Translations under genes and position numbers: made by a program | Assembly: GCA_035518715.1 (NCBI GenBank) | Contig: DATIXJ010000017.1 | Coordinates: 420-64,419, forward strand | DNA length: 64,000 nucleotides | From: Bacteroidota bacterium | GTDB lineage: Bacteria > Bacteroidota > Ignavibacteria > UBA10030 > SZUA-254 | Direction: 5' to 3' | Notes under the pieces: model-generated | The model's input: the letters and a program-made list of their open reading frames with translations, nothing else | What the model was told of the DNA's origin: nothing | The model's database searches: none | Shown: positions 1-9,341 of the stretch, piece after piece | Layout: each line of letters begins with the position of its first letter | Position numbering within the stretch: position 1 is the first letter of the stretch

Positions 1-398
1 CCGAGATGATGAACATCGGTCATGAACTTTCCGTCGCCTCCGACGAACCGGTCGTCGACGCTGATCACCTTGAGACCAAGTGTATTTGCTTTTGCCATGA
101 TTGCCGGACCAAGCCGAACATCCGGGGTACAGATGACAAAGCCCTGCGCATTCTGAGCGGCAAGATTATCGATAGCGGCGAGTGTCTTCTCACCATCAGG
201 AACTCCGAGTTTGATGAGTGTGAAGCCGAACGAGTCGGCACACTGCTGTGCAAACTTCCATTCATTCTGGAACCACGGCTCGTCGGGCTGTTTGACGAGG
301 AAGCCGATCTTGATAGCGGCATGCGGCGAGCCGGAAGGCCGGCAGCCGTTCCCGACAAAAAGAAGTATGATGACCAAACACAGGAGTAAATTTCTCAT
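1..398 (-). CDS. araF: L-arabinose-binding periplasmic protein (AraF-like ABC substrate-binding lipoprotein), N-terminal part; gene runs off the window start
   Basis: Absent from the supplied ORF track because it is open at the window edge. Manual reverse translation from the ATG (complement of 396-398) gives MRNLLLCLVIILLFVGNGCRPSGSPHAAIKIGFLVKQPDEPWFQNEWKFAQQCADSFGFTLIKLGVPDGEKTLAAIDNLAAQNAQGFVICTPD... This tracks E. coli AraF as I remember it (LGFLVKQPEEPWFQTEWKFA...VPDGEKTLNAIDSLAA..GFVICTPD). It has a signal peptide with a Cys lipobox-like GNGC. Confidence 0.8.
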   Translation of the reverse strand, partial: MRNLLLCLVIILLFVGNGCRPSGSPHAAIKIGFLVKQPDEPWFQNEWKFAQQCADSFGFTLIKLGVPDGEKTLAAIDNLAAQNAQGFVICTPDVRLGPAIMAKANTLGLKVISVDDRFVGGDGKFMTDVHHL

Positions 399-440
399 GG
401 TAATTTTCGTTCAGCTCTTATCGGACCATTGTTTCCCGGC

Positions 441-3200
441 TCATTTCTGAGAGGAAAGGTGTACACTTCCGATCATCAGATTCACCCGCGATTCACCGGT
501 GTTCCACGGGTGAGGCGGCATCGGAACCGGACGACACGCATTCTTGAGAACAAAGGATATTTCTCTTGTCGGGTGCGTTTCCTGGGCGACCAACCACGCT
601 GCGGCGGTTCCCTTCCAGAGAGTTTCGTTCTTCCCGGGATGGACATCGGCCACAATAGTGTGCTTTCCGGACTCCACCGGAATGTGATACCACTGTGAGA
701 TTCCCTCCTGATTTTCCGCCTCCACTCGTGCAGGTTGGCTGTCGACCATTGCTGATACGGCGGGCGGAGATTTTTGTTCTTGTGCCGAATCAGGTGTGAG
801 GAGGAGCGCAACCTCGCCGGCCGAAACTGTTCCAGTGATATTCAATGACAGCTGAATCTGCGATGACGATTTTGGGTCCGCATGAATGCGGTGTTTTATC
901 AGACTGCTTGATTCACCGGGCGGCGGCGGGAATGAGAACGATTTCGGGTTGATGGATCTACCGTCGAGCGTTGCACTTTGAATGATGGAGGGATTGAGAA
1001 TTCTGACGTCTCCCGAGCCTGCAGAATACCGGATCGCGTAGTGCACCCCGGTGTCGGATACGACGTCGAACCTTCCTCCCGCGACGAGCGGTACTGTTGC
1101 AGCTGATACCGGATACAGCTCGTACACCGCGGTCTCATACCCTTCAAGCGGGATCGAAATGTTCTCGCCTGCCCGATACAGCTGCGGCAAAATCCTGTGT
1201 ACCGGATATTCCTCTTCCAGGACAAGCGAGGTCGCTTTCGGGTCGAGTCCCTGCTCGACCGAGAGCCTGACCGGGAGTGAAGCAGCATTCATAAACGGGT
1301 TCCGGACGGCAATAATTCCGCGGTCGTCCCGGAAATGGACATACCCATACGTCTCCCGCTTCATGGGATTCCCGCCGACCATCCAGGTAGTTGAGAGGAC
1401 AGGAAATCTGTCCCTCGCCCAGCTGAGCGAGGCGGCGAGAGAGTTCCACTCTCCTTCGCTGAGAATGTCGGGCGAAATATACAATTCGAACATCGTGACA
1501 CCGCGTGCGCAGTAGAGGAGCGCATCATCGGTAAACTTGTCGAGTGGTTCGTCATAGCTTCCGGTCGATTCCAGCTTCCCTTTGATGATGCCGTGTGTCA
1601 TGAGGTTCTGTATCGGAAACCAGAGATCGAGGTTCTTGAAATCGTCATACAAAATGAAATCCCGGTAGGTAATCGCCGCGTCGCGCTGGCTTATCGACGG
1701 GACATCGGAGAATCCGTAGTCCGCCCCCTGCATCCAGATGGTATTGGCATATTTCACCCACCAGGGGCTGAGCCATGTTCCCGAGGTGATATTGAGAAAC
1801 ACATCCGGATTTTCCCTGCGCACCGTTTCACACTTCTCGATAACCGATTGCATGACGGCCCTCCGCGAATAGATATCGATCGGATGCCCGTGGTCGGGCT
1901 CACTGCAGGAGAACTGAATCCCGTCCCATTTGAAATATCCCACACCGTCGTTCTTCACAAAATCGGAGATGCGTTGCCGGAAGAGCTGGCTGTATTTCGT
2001 TCCGGCAAGACAGAGCATCGTATTGTCCCGCGTTGTGCCGACTACTTCATACCCGTGATCCTTCATCCAGTTGATTCTCCGCATACGGAAAGAATATCCG
2101 CCGGTGGGTCCCATCCAGAGGCCGAGCGTTGTGTTGGTTTTCTTCAGCTCGTCGGCAAGCGGAAGGAGGCCGCGGGGCCATTGCGCCTGCCGCAGAAGCC
2201 AGTCGCTTTCGTAGACATCCCACCCGTCGTCCAGGACAAACGCATCCAGACGGATGTCGTGCTTTTCGATCATGTTTTCGCGCAGGAGCTTTGCCATCCC
2301 GAGAGCCGATTCTTCACTCATCCAGTGATCCTGCGGAACTTTGGGATATTCCGGTGAACGCAAATCATACCAGCTATTATAGAGCGTGTACGGTCGGAGC
2401 GGTGCAACCCGGATCGCATCGACATATTTGAAAAACCAGTTTTTTACGTAGGTGTCCGGAGTGATGCCTTCCACCACCCATTCACTCTCCAGCCATGTAC
2501 CTGAAATCTGTTCTCCAAATTCCTGGCCACATTTCAGGACTTCTTCACCGCGGCCGAGAGCTGTGATTGAATTTTCAGCGGTTGGATACTCGAGCCCGAA
2601 AAATGCACCTCCGTGTTCAAGAAGAAGCGCAACCGGTTGTCCGAATCCTCCCGATTTCAGAATGGATTTTACGCCATTCACATACCCGCTCCGGGTCCAC
2701 ATCCACCGGAGAAAGTGATGCCCGAATGCTGTATCCATCACGGCGATGTTCCTGCGGACGAAGAACTCGCCCTTCTTCAACCGGTACGTGATGCGAAGAT
2801 CTATCGGATTTTCTCTTCCCTTCAGAAAGAGAACCAGTTCGCTGACACTTCCCGAATCACGTAATCTGTGATCAACAAGCTGGAAATCCTTTTTTGTGAA
2901 GAGGACAGGATTTTCCGCATTGTTTACTTTTCCCGGGGCCTGCCAGTCGGTGTACATCACATCAATTGCAAAATCTGCATCGGTCGCAATGGCCGGCTGT
3001 TTCTTCACCCCGAACTCTTCTGACCACGACGGGACAGTGCGGAGTTCATCACCCAGTAGCTGATCCTTTTGAACGATCACATTGAGAGAAACCCGATCGT
3101 TTTGAAGCACCAGGCGTTCCGTTGCGGCTGAAAGACCGGTAACAGAAAACGCCAGGAGCATGCCGAATATCATTTCGAAGTGATAATTCCTGAACATCAT
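441..3200 (-). CDS. Secreted glycoside hydrolase, clan GH-D (GH36-like alpha-galactosidase family)
   Basis: 919-aa ORF with an N-terminal signal peptide (FGMLLAFSVTGLSAA). Motifs DAFVLDDGWD and GYFKWDG resemble the DDGW and KWD nucleophile motifs of GH36/GH27 enzymes. The exact family and substrate are not resolvable here. Confidence 0.6.
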   Translation of the reverse strand: MMFRNYHFEMIFGMLLAFSVTGLSAATERLVLQNDRVSLNVIVQKDQLLGDELRTVPSWSEEFGVKKQPAIATDADFAIDVMYTDWQAPGKVNNAENPVLFTKKDFQLVDHRLRDSGSVSELVLFLKGRENPIDLRITYRLKKGEFFVRRNIAVMDTAFGHHFLRWMWTRSGYVNGVKSILKSGGFGQPVALLLEHGGAFFGLEYPTAENSITALGRGEEVLKCGQEFGEQISGTWLESEWVVEGITPDTYVKNWFFKYVDAIRVAPLRPYTLYNSWYDLRSPEYPKVPQDHWMSEESALGMAKLLRENMIEKHDIRLDAFVLDDGWDVYESDWLLRQAQWPRGLLPLADELKKTNTTLGLWMGPTGGYSFRMRRINWMKDHGYEVVGTTRDNTMLCLAGTKYSQLFRQRISDFVKNDGVGYFKWDGIQFSCSEPDHGHPIDIYSRRAVMQSVIEKCETVRRENPDVFLNITSGTWLSPWWVKYANTIWMQGADYGFSDVPSISQRDAAITYRDFILYDDFKNLDLWFPIQNLMTHGIIKGKLESTGSYDEPLDKFTDDALLYCARGVTMFELYISPDILSEGEWNSLAASLSWARDRFPVLSTTWMVGGNPMKRETYGYVHFRDDRGIIAVRNPFMNAASLPVRLSVEQGLDPKATSLVLEEEYPVHRILPQLYRAGENISIPLEGYETAVYELYPVSAATVPLVAGGRFDVVSDTGVHYAIRYSAGSGDVRILNPSIIQSATLDGRSINPKSFSFPPPPGESSSLIKHRIHADPKSSSQIQLSLNITGTVSAGEVALLLTPDSAQEQKSPPAVSAMVDSQPARVEAENQEGISQWYHIPVESGKHTIVADVHPGKNETLWKGTAAAWLVAQETHPTREISFVLKNACRPVPMPPHPWNTGESRVNLMIGSVHLSSQK

Positions 3201-3218
3201 GTGGGAAACTCCTTTTGC

Positions 3219-5564
3219 TCAGTGCTGAATAGGAAATTCCTTGAGGCGTGCATAGAACATGAAATCCTTGATCTTTCCGGGCGAGCTTCCGATCCGGGGC
3301 TGGTACACAAATCCGCCAATCCTCTCGACGGATCCCAGATCAATGGCAATCTGATGTGGATGGGGCGGCTGTGCCGCTCCCCATTGTGTGTGCCATAGTG
3401 TTTCGGGATCATCGTCCATGACGTTTTCTGCTCGACCATCTTCGGCGTGGAGCTCTTCGCTGTCCACGAAATAGATCTTCCAGCGTGATCGGTCGAGTTT
3501 CTTTCCGTGTTCATCGAGAAGATACAACTCCGCTATTGATGCGAACGGGTCGTTATGAAGTGATGATAAGGATTCCAGGCAGACGTACCGGGCAGATCGA
3601 GTGTTGAAACGGAAGCCCTGTGCGGAATCACCCAGCGCGAATGAACCCGATGCAATTTCATCAGAGTTCGACAATTCGATCTTCCCCTGCGGTCGTTTGG
3701 GCAGAGGAGGCGCCAGCAAATCCGGATATAGCGAGTTGAGAGTCGGTTCTTTCAAACCGGTGATGGTCCTCGTTGTGCTCTTTTCCATCTCGAAGACGAT
3801 CAGTTCATTCCTGCCTTTTCTCAACCACACACCGGGGCAGTAAAGAGTTTGCTGCGGACCGATATACCAGTATCGTCCAAGATTGTGACCGTTGATCCAG
3901 ACAGCACCTTTCGTCCAGCCGCGGAGATCAAGAAACGTGTCTGCCGCACTGTCGCAGACAAATGTTCCCCGGTAGAATGCCGGGAGATTTCCGATGTCCC
4001 GGTGGAAAAAGGATTGGGTTGAAGGATTGTCCATCGGCAGAGGAACCATATCCCACTCCTTGAGTGGGGTTCGATTCAGTACGACGTTACCGATGATTCC
4101 CTTGTTGTTTTCCAAGAGTTCACGTCCGTAGTTGATCTTCCCGTTTGCCTCAACAAGAAGATCGAGCTCTGCATGATCTGACGAGAGTGAAAAGGTGATC
4201 CGCTTCTGCTTATGCCGACGGTCGAGAGATCCGACCCTTTTATGGTCAACCATAACGACGGCATAATCCCGGATACCGTTTACGATGAGCGTGTCGGGGC
4301 CGCGGCCGCTGATCTGCGTTCGATAGAGAATGTATCCCGATTCCTGTCCGATTTCTTCCATCGGGAGAGTGCCCACGGAGTGGATCGGTTTTGGAAGAGT
4401 GTCAAAAATCGTGCACGCATCTTGCAGTTTGATAGTGGGGATCTCCATTACCCGAGGCGTCGGAGGAATATCGGGGAGCGGGGCCGACTCAAACTGATAA
4501 TTTTTCAGGACTTCACGGAGCCGGAGATATTTCGGGGTCGGCCTGCCTGCCTCGTCGAGAGGTGCATCGTAATCATAGCTCGTAGGCTGAGGCTGATAGT
4601 GACCTCCATAATTTGCACCGCTTGTAAATCCGAAATTCGTTCCGCCGTGAAACATATAGAGACTGACGGAGATTCCGCTGCGCAGGAGCGTATCGTATTT
4701 TCCGATGAATTCATTCACCGTAAGAACAGAATGCTCTTCTCCCCAGTGATCGAGCCAGCCGGGGTAGAATTCCGGACTGAAATACGGTCCCCTTCCGTCG
4801 TTCCATTCGTTCACCGTGTCGCGGATCGATTGTGGATTCTCGTCCCCGTTGATGGCGGGAAGGACACCGGCAATGTGCCCGTTCCTGCATTGGCCCGGGC
4901 CGTCGGCCGTATAGAAAGGAACGGTGAAACCCGCATTCCGGAGATCATCACGAATTGCGTTGAGGTATACCGTATCGTTTCCGTAAGAACCATACTCGTT
5001 CTCGACCTGCACCATGATGATTGGTCCGCCGCGGGATATCTGTAGCGGAGCAAGTTCTTCGCCAAGCCGGGTGAGATAGGTTTTGCTGGCGGCAAGAAAT
5101 CGGGGGTCGCGGGATCTCACCTTGACGGTGTTTCCCTTGAGCAGCCACCACGGGATTCCGCCGAAATCCCATTCCGCACAGACGTACGGTCCCGGCCTGA
5201 TAATTACCAACAAGCCTTCTTCCTGTGCAAGCCGGACGAATTCGGCTACGTTTCTGCTCTCCGTTGTAAAATCGAATGTTCCCTTCTCGCGCTCGTGATA
5301 ATTCCAGAAAATATATGTTGAAATGGTGTTGAGGCCCATTGCCCGCGCCATCTTCAGCCGTTCTCTCCAGTATTCGCGCGGAATGCGCGCATAGTGCATT
5401 TCACCGGAAAGTATCTGGAACGGTTTCCCGTCCAGGAGAAAATCACTCTTCCCCAACTCAAACGTATGCGTTTTTTCTGAAGAGCGGGATACGGAAGAAC
5501 AGAGAAGGATGACCGGCAGGAGGAGTGCCAAATACCCGATACGCCTGAGAAGTTCTGGAGGCAT
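3219..5564 (-). CDS. Beta-galactosidase, GH35, with C-terminal F5/8 type C (discoidin/CBM32-like) domain
   Basis: 781-aa ORF with a signal peptide. The N-terminus (FLLDGKPFQILSGEMHYARIPREYWRERLKMARAMGLNTISTYIFWNYHE) and VQVENEYGSYG match the classic GH35 signature and acid/base region. The C-terminal roughly 150 aa (ETLWHTQWG...IAIDLG...GFVYQPR) look like a discoidin domain. Confidence 0.85.
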   Translation of the reverse strand: MPPELLRRIGYLALLLPVILLCSSVSRSSEKTHTFELGKSDFLLDGKPFQILSGEMHYARIPREYWRERLKMARAMGLNTISTYIFWNYHEREKGTFDFTTESRNVAEFVRLAQEEGLLVIIRPGPYVCAEWDFGGIPWWLLKGNTVKVRSRDPRFLAASKTYLTRLGEELAPLQISRGGPIIMVQVENEYGSYGNDTVYLNAIRDDLRNAGFTVPFYTADGPGQCRNGHIAGVLPAINGDENPQSIRDTVNEWNDGRGPYFSPEFYPGWLDHWGEEHSVLTVNEFIGKYDTLLRSGISVSLYMFHGGTNFGFTSGANYGGHYQPQPTSYDYDAPLDEAGRPTPKYLRLREVLKNYQFESAPLPDIPPTPRVMEIPTIKLQDACTIFDTLPKPIHSVGTLPMEEIGQESGYILYRTQISGRGPDTLIVNGIRDYAVVMVDHKRVGSLDRRHKQKRITFSLSSDHAELDLLVEANGKINYGRELLENNKGIIGNVVLNRTPLKEWDMVPLPMDNPSTQSFFHRDIGNLPAFYRGTFVCDSAADTFLDLRGWTKGAVWINGHNLGRYWYIGPQQTLYCPGVWLRKGRNELIVFEMEKSTTRTITGLKEPTLNSLYPDLLAPPLPKRPQGKIELSNSDEIASGSFALGDSAQGFRFNTRSARYVCLESLSSLHNDPFASIAELYLLDEHGKKLDRSRWKIYFVDSEELHAEDGRAENVMDDDPETLWHTQWGAAQPPHPHQIAIDLGSVERIGGFVYQPRIGSSPGKIKDFMFYARLKEFPIQH

Positions 5565-5599
5565 GATTGAATTTCAATGAGGAGATGGAGAGGACATTC

Positions 5600-6694
5600 T
5601 CATGTTACCGGTTCAAGTCTTGATCCCTCATCGGGATGAACGAGGTACGCCCGACCTCCCGCCGATTGGATCGCTTCCGCGATTCTCTCCGGTTCTTCGG
5701 GTGCATAGGCGAACATGCATCCGCCTCCTCCCGAGCCATTGATCTTCCCGCCGAACGCCCCGGCTCCCAGCGCCGCATCCACCATCCGGTCGATCTTCGG
5801 CGTGGAAATGCAGAGAATATCACGGAGGATCTCTTCTTGCGCGCTCAGAAGCGAGCCGAGTTTATGAGGATCGGGATTCTTATTCTGAAGGAGAACAAAT
5901 CCTTCGCGCGTGAAGTCCCGGTTGCGAACTGTACCGTTGAGAAGTTCGAGTTCTTCTTGTTCGAGCGTACCGGTGTACTGCGGCAGATCCTCAATCCGGA
6001 TGGTCTGGAGCGAAAATGCCGGGTAGATTCTCCGGATGCGATTGACAATGTCGAGGACCCGGTTCTTGACGCGGGAGAGGATGGATTTCGTATCCTTCGG
6101 CTGAAGGGAATCCCCGAGAACGAATGTCCCGAGAACGGGGTGCAGTTCGGTTATCTGATCGTGAGGAAAAAAGCTCTGATAGAGAACTCCGCCGAATGCC
6201 GTGGCATACTGATCCATTTTTCCCCCGGGGCCATGGAATTCCACGACTTCCGCGGCGTGTGCAGTGACTGCAAGCTCCTGCGGGGTGAGAATTTTTTCCT
6301 CGTCACTGAGACGTCCGAGGAGGTTCATCCAGGAGACCAGCATTGCCGATGAGCTCGACGTGCCCGCGCTGATGGGGATTGTGCCGTGGATGGTACATTC
6401 GAATCCGTGTGAAAAAGTCATGCCGAGATTCTGCATGACCTTGATGCCGCTCCGGAAAAAATCCCGGTCGCGTTCCATATCAACCGGCCTGTCGAGAGGA
6501 ATGGAGAATGTCCCTCCCGTGTCGGGCGTGTGGACGATGACCCGGCAATCGTTGATCATGTGGGATACGATTGTGAGACGGAGCGAGATAGCACAGGAGA
6601 TAACCGGCAGGTCGAGATAATCCTGATGCTCGCCGAAGAGACAGACGCGTCCCGGAGTTGAAACCTTCAACGTCGTATGGCTATTGCTGGGCAT
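5600..6694 (-). CDS. GHMP-family sugar-1-kinase (galactokinase-like)
   Basis: PGRVCLFGEHQDYLDLPV matches the galactokinase signature GRVNLIGEHTDY. GTIPISAGTSSSSAM matches the GHMP ATP-binding motif PxGSGLSSSA. 364 aa. Confidence 0.8.
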   Translation of the reverse strand: MPSNSHTTLKVSTPGRVCLFGEHQDYLDLPVISCAISLRLTIVSHMINDCRVIVHTPDTGGTFSIPLDRPVDMERDRDFFRSGIKVMQNLGMTFSHGFECTIHGTIPISAGTSSSSAMLVSWMNLLGRLSDEEKILTPQELAVTAHAAEVVEFHGPGGKMDQYATAFGGVLYQSFFPHDQITELHPVLGTFVLGDSLQPKDTKSILSRVKNRVLDIVNRIRRIYPAFSLQTIRIEDLPQYTGTLEQEELELLNGTVRNRDFTREGFVLLQNKNPDPHKLGSLLSAQEEILRDILCISTPKIDRMVDAALGAGAFGGKINGSGGGGCMFAYAPEEPERIAEAIQSAGGRAYLVHPDEGSRLEPVT

Positions 6695-6807
6695 CTCGCG
6701 GATTGAAGTTGCCGTATTATACCAAATTCCCGCAGAAAATCAATCCCGCACAGACCCATTCATCCGGAAACACTCCTGATCACGTTGCATTGTACCCAAT
6801 CTCGATT

Positions 6808-6836
6808 TTGAAAGATTCCTGGAATATCAGTATACT
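6808..6836 (+). promoter_or_regulatory. Sigma-70-type promoter candidate (TTGAAA-17 nt-TATACT) for the downstream gene
   Basis: TTGAAA at 6808-6813, a 17-nt spacer, and TATACT at 6831-6836. It lies about 45 nt upstream of the ATG at 6881, which has an AGGAG Shine-Dalgarno at 6868-6872. Confidence 0.4.
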
Positions 6837-6880
6837 CGAAGAGACTCTGAAACTTTTTATCAGGAATGAGGAGACATACA

Positions 6881-7393
6881 ATGAAATCCTTCATCAGTAT
6901 TGCCTGTGCAATCTTCATAGCGGGATACGCAGTGGCCGGCGACAGTCCACAGACTGCAACAACACCTCAATTCGACAGGCTGAAATCACTCGTGGGAAAC
7001 TGGGAAGGAAAAACCGATGACGGAAAGCCGGTGAACGTTTCGTACAAGCTGGTATCATCGGGGAGCGCGCTCATGGAAACGTTGAACAGCTATGAACACG
7101 TGGATGCCATGATCACGATGTATCATCTCAATGGCACGAAGCTCATGATGACCCATTACTGTTCGGCGGGAAATCAGCCGAGGATGCGGGCAGAGAAGAG
7201 TTCAGCAGGCGGAAACGAAATCGTCTTTAAGTTTATCGATGCGACAAATCTCGCCAGTCCAAAAGACATGCACATGTCGAAGCTGGTCGTTAGGTTTAAG
7301 GACAAAAATCACTTTACGCAGGTATGGACGATGAGCAAGGACGGGAAGGAAGCAGAAACCAGCACCTTCGAGTACGTCCGCGTGGTTGATTAA
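6881..7393 (+). CDS. Secreted hypothetical protein (possibly DUF1579/lipocalin-like beta-barrel)
   Basis: ORF 6866-7393. I prefer the ATG at 6881 because an AGGAG lies 8 nt upstream and the product starts MKSFISIACAIFIAGYAVAG (signal peptide). The family call rests only on the HYCSAGNQP motif as I remember it, so it is weak. Confidence 0.55.
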   Translation: MKSFISIACAIFIAGYAVAGDSPQTATTPQFDRLKSLVGNWEGKTDDGKPVNVSYKLVSSGSALMETLNSYEHVDAMITMYHLNGTKLMMTHYCSAGNQPRMRAEKSSAGGNEIVFKFIDATNLASPKDMHMSKLVVRFKDKNHFTQVWTMSKDGKEAETSTFEYVRVVD

Positions 7394-7446
7394 TCCGCGG
7401 CGCTCCATATTTCCGGAAGCGATTTGAGAGATGGTATCCCGGAAAC

Positions 7447-7480
7447 AAAAAATCCCGCCCTTAGGGCGGGATTTTCGTTT
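7447..7480. terminator. Bidirectional intrinsic terminator between convergent genes
   Basis: AAAAATCCCGCCC tta GGGCGGGATTTT forms a roughly 12-bp GC-rich stem with an A-run on one side and a T-run on the other. It sits between the stop at 7393 (+) and the stop at 7499 (-). Confidence 0.65.
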
Positions 7481-7498
7481 GTGGTACTGACGATCCGT

Positions 7499-7699
7499 TC
7501 AGACGATGGAGACGTTTGCGGCCTGCATTCCTTTCGGACCGCGTTCAACATCAAACTCCACGTTATCGCCTTCGTTCAGACTTTTGTATCCGTCGCCGGA
7601 GATTGAACGAAAATGGACGAAGACATCTTCCCCGCCCTGACGTGAGATAAAGCCGTAACCTTTGGCTCTATCGAACCACTTGACTGTTCCTTTTTCCAT
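7499..7699 (-). CDS. cspA: Cold-shock protein, CspA family
   Basis: The internal Met of the 100-aa ORF gives a 66-aa product, [33 protein letters not shown]..., with canonical RNP1/RNP2 motifs (KGYGFI, VFVHF). The ATG is the complement of 7697-7699. Confidence 0.9.
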   Translation of the reverse strand: MEKGTVKWFDRAKGYGFISRQGGEDVFVHFRSISGDGYKSLNEGDNVEFDVERGPKGMQAANVSIV

Positions 7700-8019
7700 G
7701 GAACAAATCCTTTCATGAAATAAATTCTCCCAATAACCTGAGAGGAGTGTACACCAGCTTGTTATGGTTCTAAAACGAAAAATCGCAAGAATGGCATTCA
7801 CAACTTCACCATTACTTGCGATCTTGAATTGCTGGTACCGCTCGACTCTAAAGGTACAAACGTTACAACAGCATCATCTTAAAAGCAACTCAACGGCGTA
7901 CTGTTGATTGCATAAACAAGATACTGCTATTTTCAATAAGATGCAAGAAGAATCTTTGATCTTTTCCGGGGGCCATTCCAGATCAGACAGAATCAGATTC
8001 CCTCAGGCCAATGAGCACT

Positions 8020-9003
8020 TTACTTCAACCAGCCGTGCTCACGATACCAGGCGACAGTTTCCCGGATTCCCTGTTCGAGTGTCCGCTGTTCCGAATACCC
8101 GAGCTCACGTTGTGCTTTGGCTATACTGCAGGTCCACGCGTCCTGAACGATATCCTTTGCCTTGTCGTAGTTCAGGAGGACCGGCTGCCGTGAGACAACG
8201 GAATACGCTTCAGAAAGTACCGCAATGGCATACACCAGTGAGACCGGGACGCGCAGCCTGAGCGCCTTTTTTCCCATGGCACGGGCTGTTACCTCGCCGA
8301 CCTCTTTCCAGCCATAGTACCGTGTGCTCGAGATGAAGTACGTGTTGTTCACGCCTGCCGGGTGTTCTGCTGCGAGGAGTATTCCATGAACAAGATCGCT
8401 TACATGAATGAGACTCACTTCTTTGTTGTTGAAGCCCATCATCGGCTGAAGCCCCTTGTTGACCGATTCAAAAAATGTGAAGACATCGCGGTCGCGGGGA
8501 CCATAGACTGCTGGCGGGCGGGTAATTGTTATCGGGATCCTGTCGCGGAGCTTCAGGCATTCCTTTTCCGCCTCCATCTTGCTCCTGCCGTACGCGGTAA
8601 TCGGATGGAACGGCGTCGTTTCATCGACCGGGACGCCGTCGGCGCTCGGTCCGACTGCTGCCTGCGAGCTGACGTGGAGGAATCGCTTGAGCGGAGGACG
8701 TACGGCCAGGACGGCATCGAGGAGATTCTTTGTCGCGACATGGTTCCCCAGAAAATATCCCTTTGCCGAGCGTGCCTTCGTCACTCCCGCCACGTGCACG
8801 ATGAGCTCGGTGTCCGCGACAGCTTGTTGCAGGACGGCATGATCGAACAAATCGCCGTACACATACTCAATGGGGAGATGCCGGATCCATTCGAGGTTGG
8901 ATGTCTTCCGGACGAGACAACGCATCTGGTATCCTCTGGCATGAAGTGCTTCGGCGAGATGGCTTCCGATAAAACCCGTGGAACCGGTAATCAGTGCACG
9001 CAT
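8020..9003 (-). CDS. Extended SDR, NAD-dependent epimerase/dehydratase-family reductase
   Basis: MRALITGSTGFIGSHLAEAL carries the Rossmann GxxGxxG motif. YGRSKMEAEK carries the catalytic YxxxK. 327 aa. Confidence 0.8.
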   Translation of the reverse strand: MRALITGSTGFIGSHLAEALHARGYQMRCLVRKTSNLEWIRHLPIEYVYGDLFDHAVLQQAVADTELIVHVAGVTKARSAKGYFLGNHVATKNLLDAVLAVRPPLKRFLHVSSQAAVGPSADGVPVDETTPFHPITAYGRSKMEAEKECLKLRDRIPITITRPPAVYGPRDRDVFTFFESVNKGLQPMMGFNNKEVSLIHVSDLVHGILLAAEHPAGVNNTYFISSTRYYGWKEVGEVTARAMGKKALRLRVPVSLVYAIAVLSEAYSVVSRQPVLLNYDKAKDIVQDAWTCSIAKAQRELGYSEQRTLEQGIRETVAWYREHGWLK

Positions 9004-9341
9004 GAAAAGAGTGCTCTTGGCATGTGGCGTGGAGTGCTGAACAATTGACTTTTAGAAGCCAATGGAGTATATTAAATTTTAATCTGGCACGCAAATTTCT
9101 CGTAGAATCATCAGACATTCCCGAATTGACCAGTTCTTACTCCCTTTGTGATTTAGTGCGATCTACCATAAAGGAAATCATCGCATCCATCAAGATCGTT
9201 GCGTGATTCGTTGAGCAGGATACGATTGAGCACGGGTACTGAGGGGGCTGTCGCGAACCAGTGCAGCCATTTTTCCCCGAAGGTACCGAATAATCCTGCC
9301 GCCATTTCTTTCAACCGTTCTGAACAAGGAACCCGAGCATC

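Noticed and set aside
6-389. 127-aa plus-strand ORF (and the 65-358 minus ORF) at the window start
   Set aside because: It is antisense or out of frame relative to the AraF-like reading frame, which has a very strong homology signal. Its translation is Cys/Asp/Arg-rich with no recognisable family.
9004-9341. Possible acyl-carrier-protein gene in the SDR/Spt divergent spacer (60-aa ORF 9024-9206)
   Set aside because: No DSL/DSxD phosphopantetheine-attachment motif in any frame. The ORF looks random.
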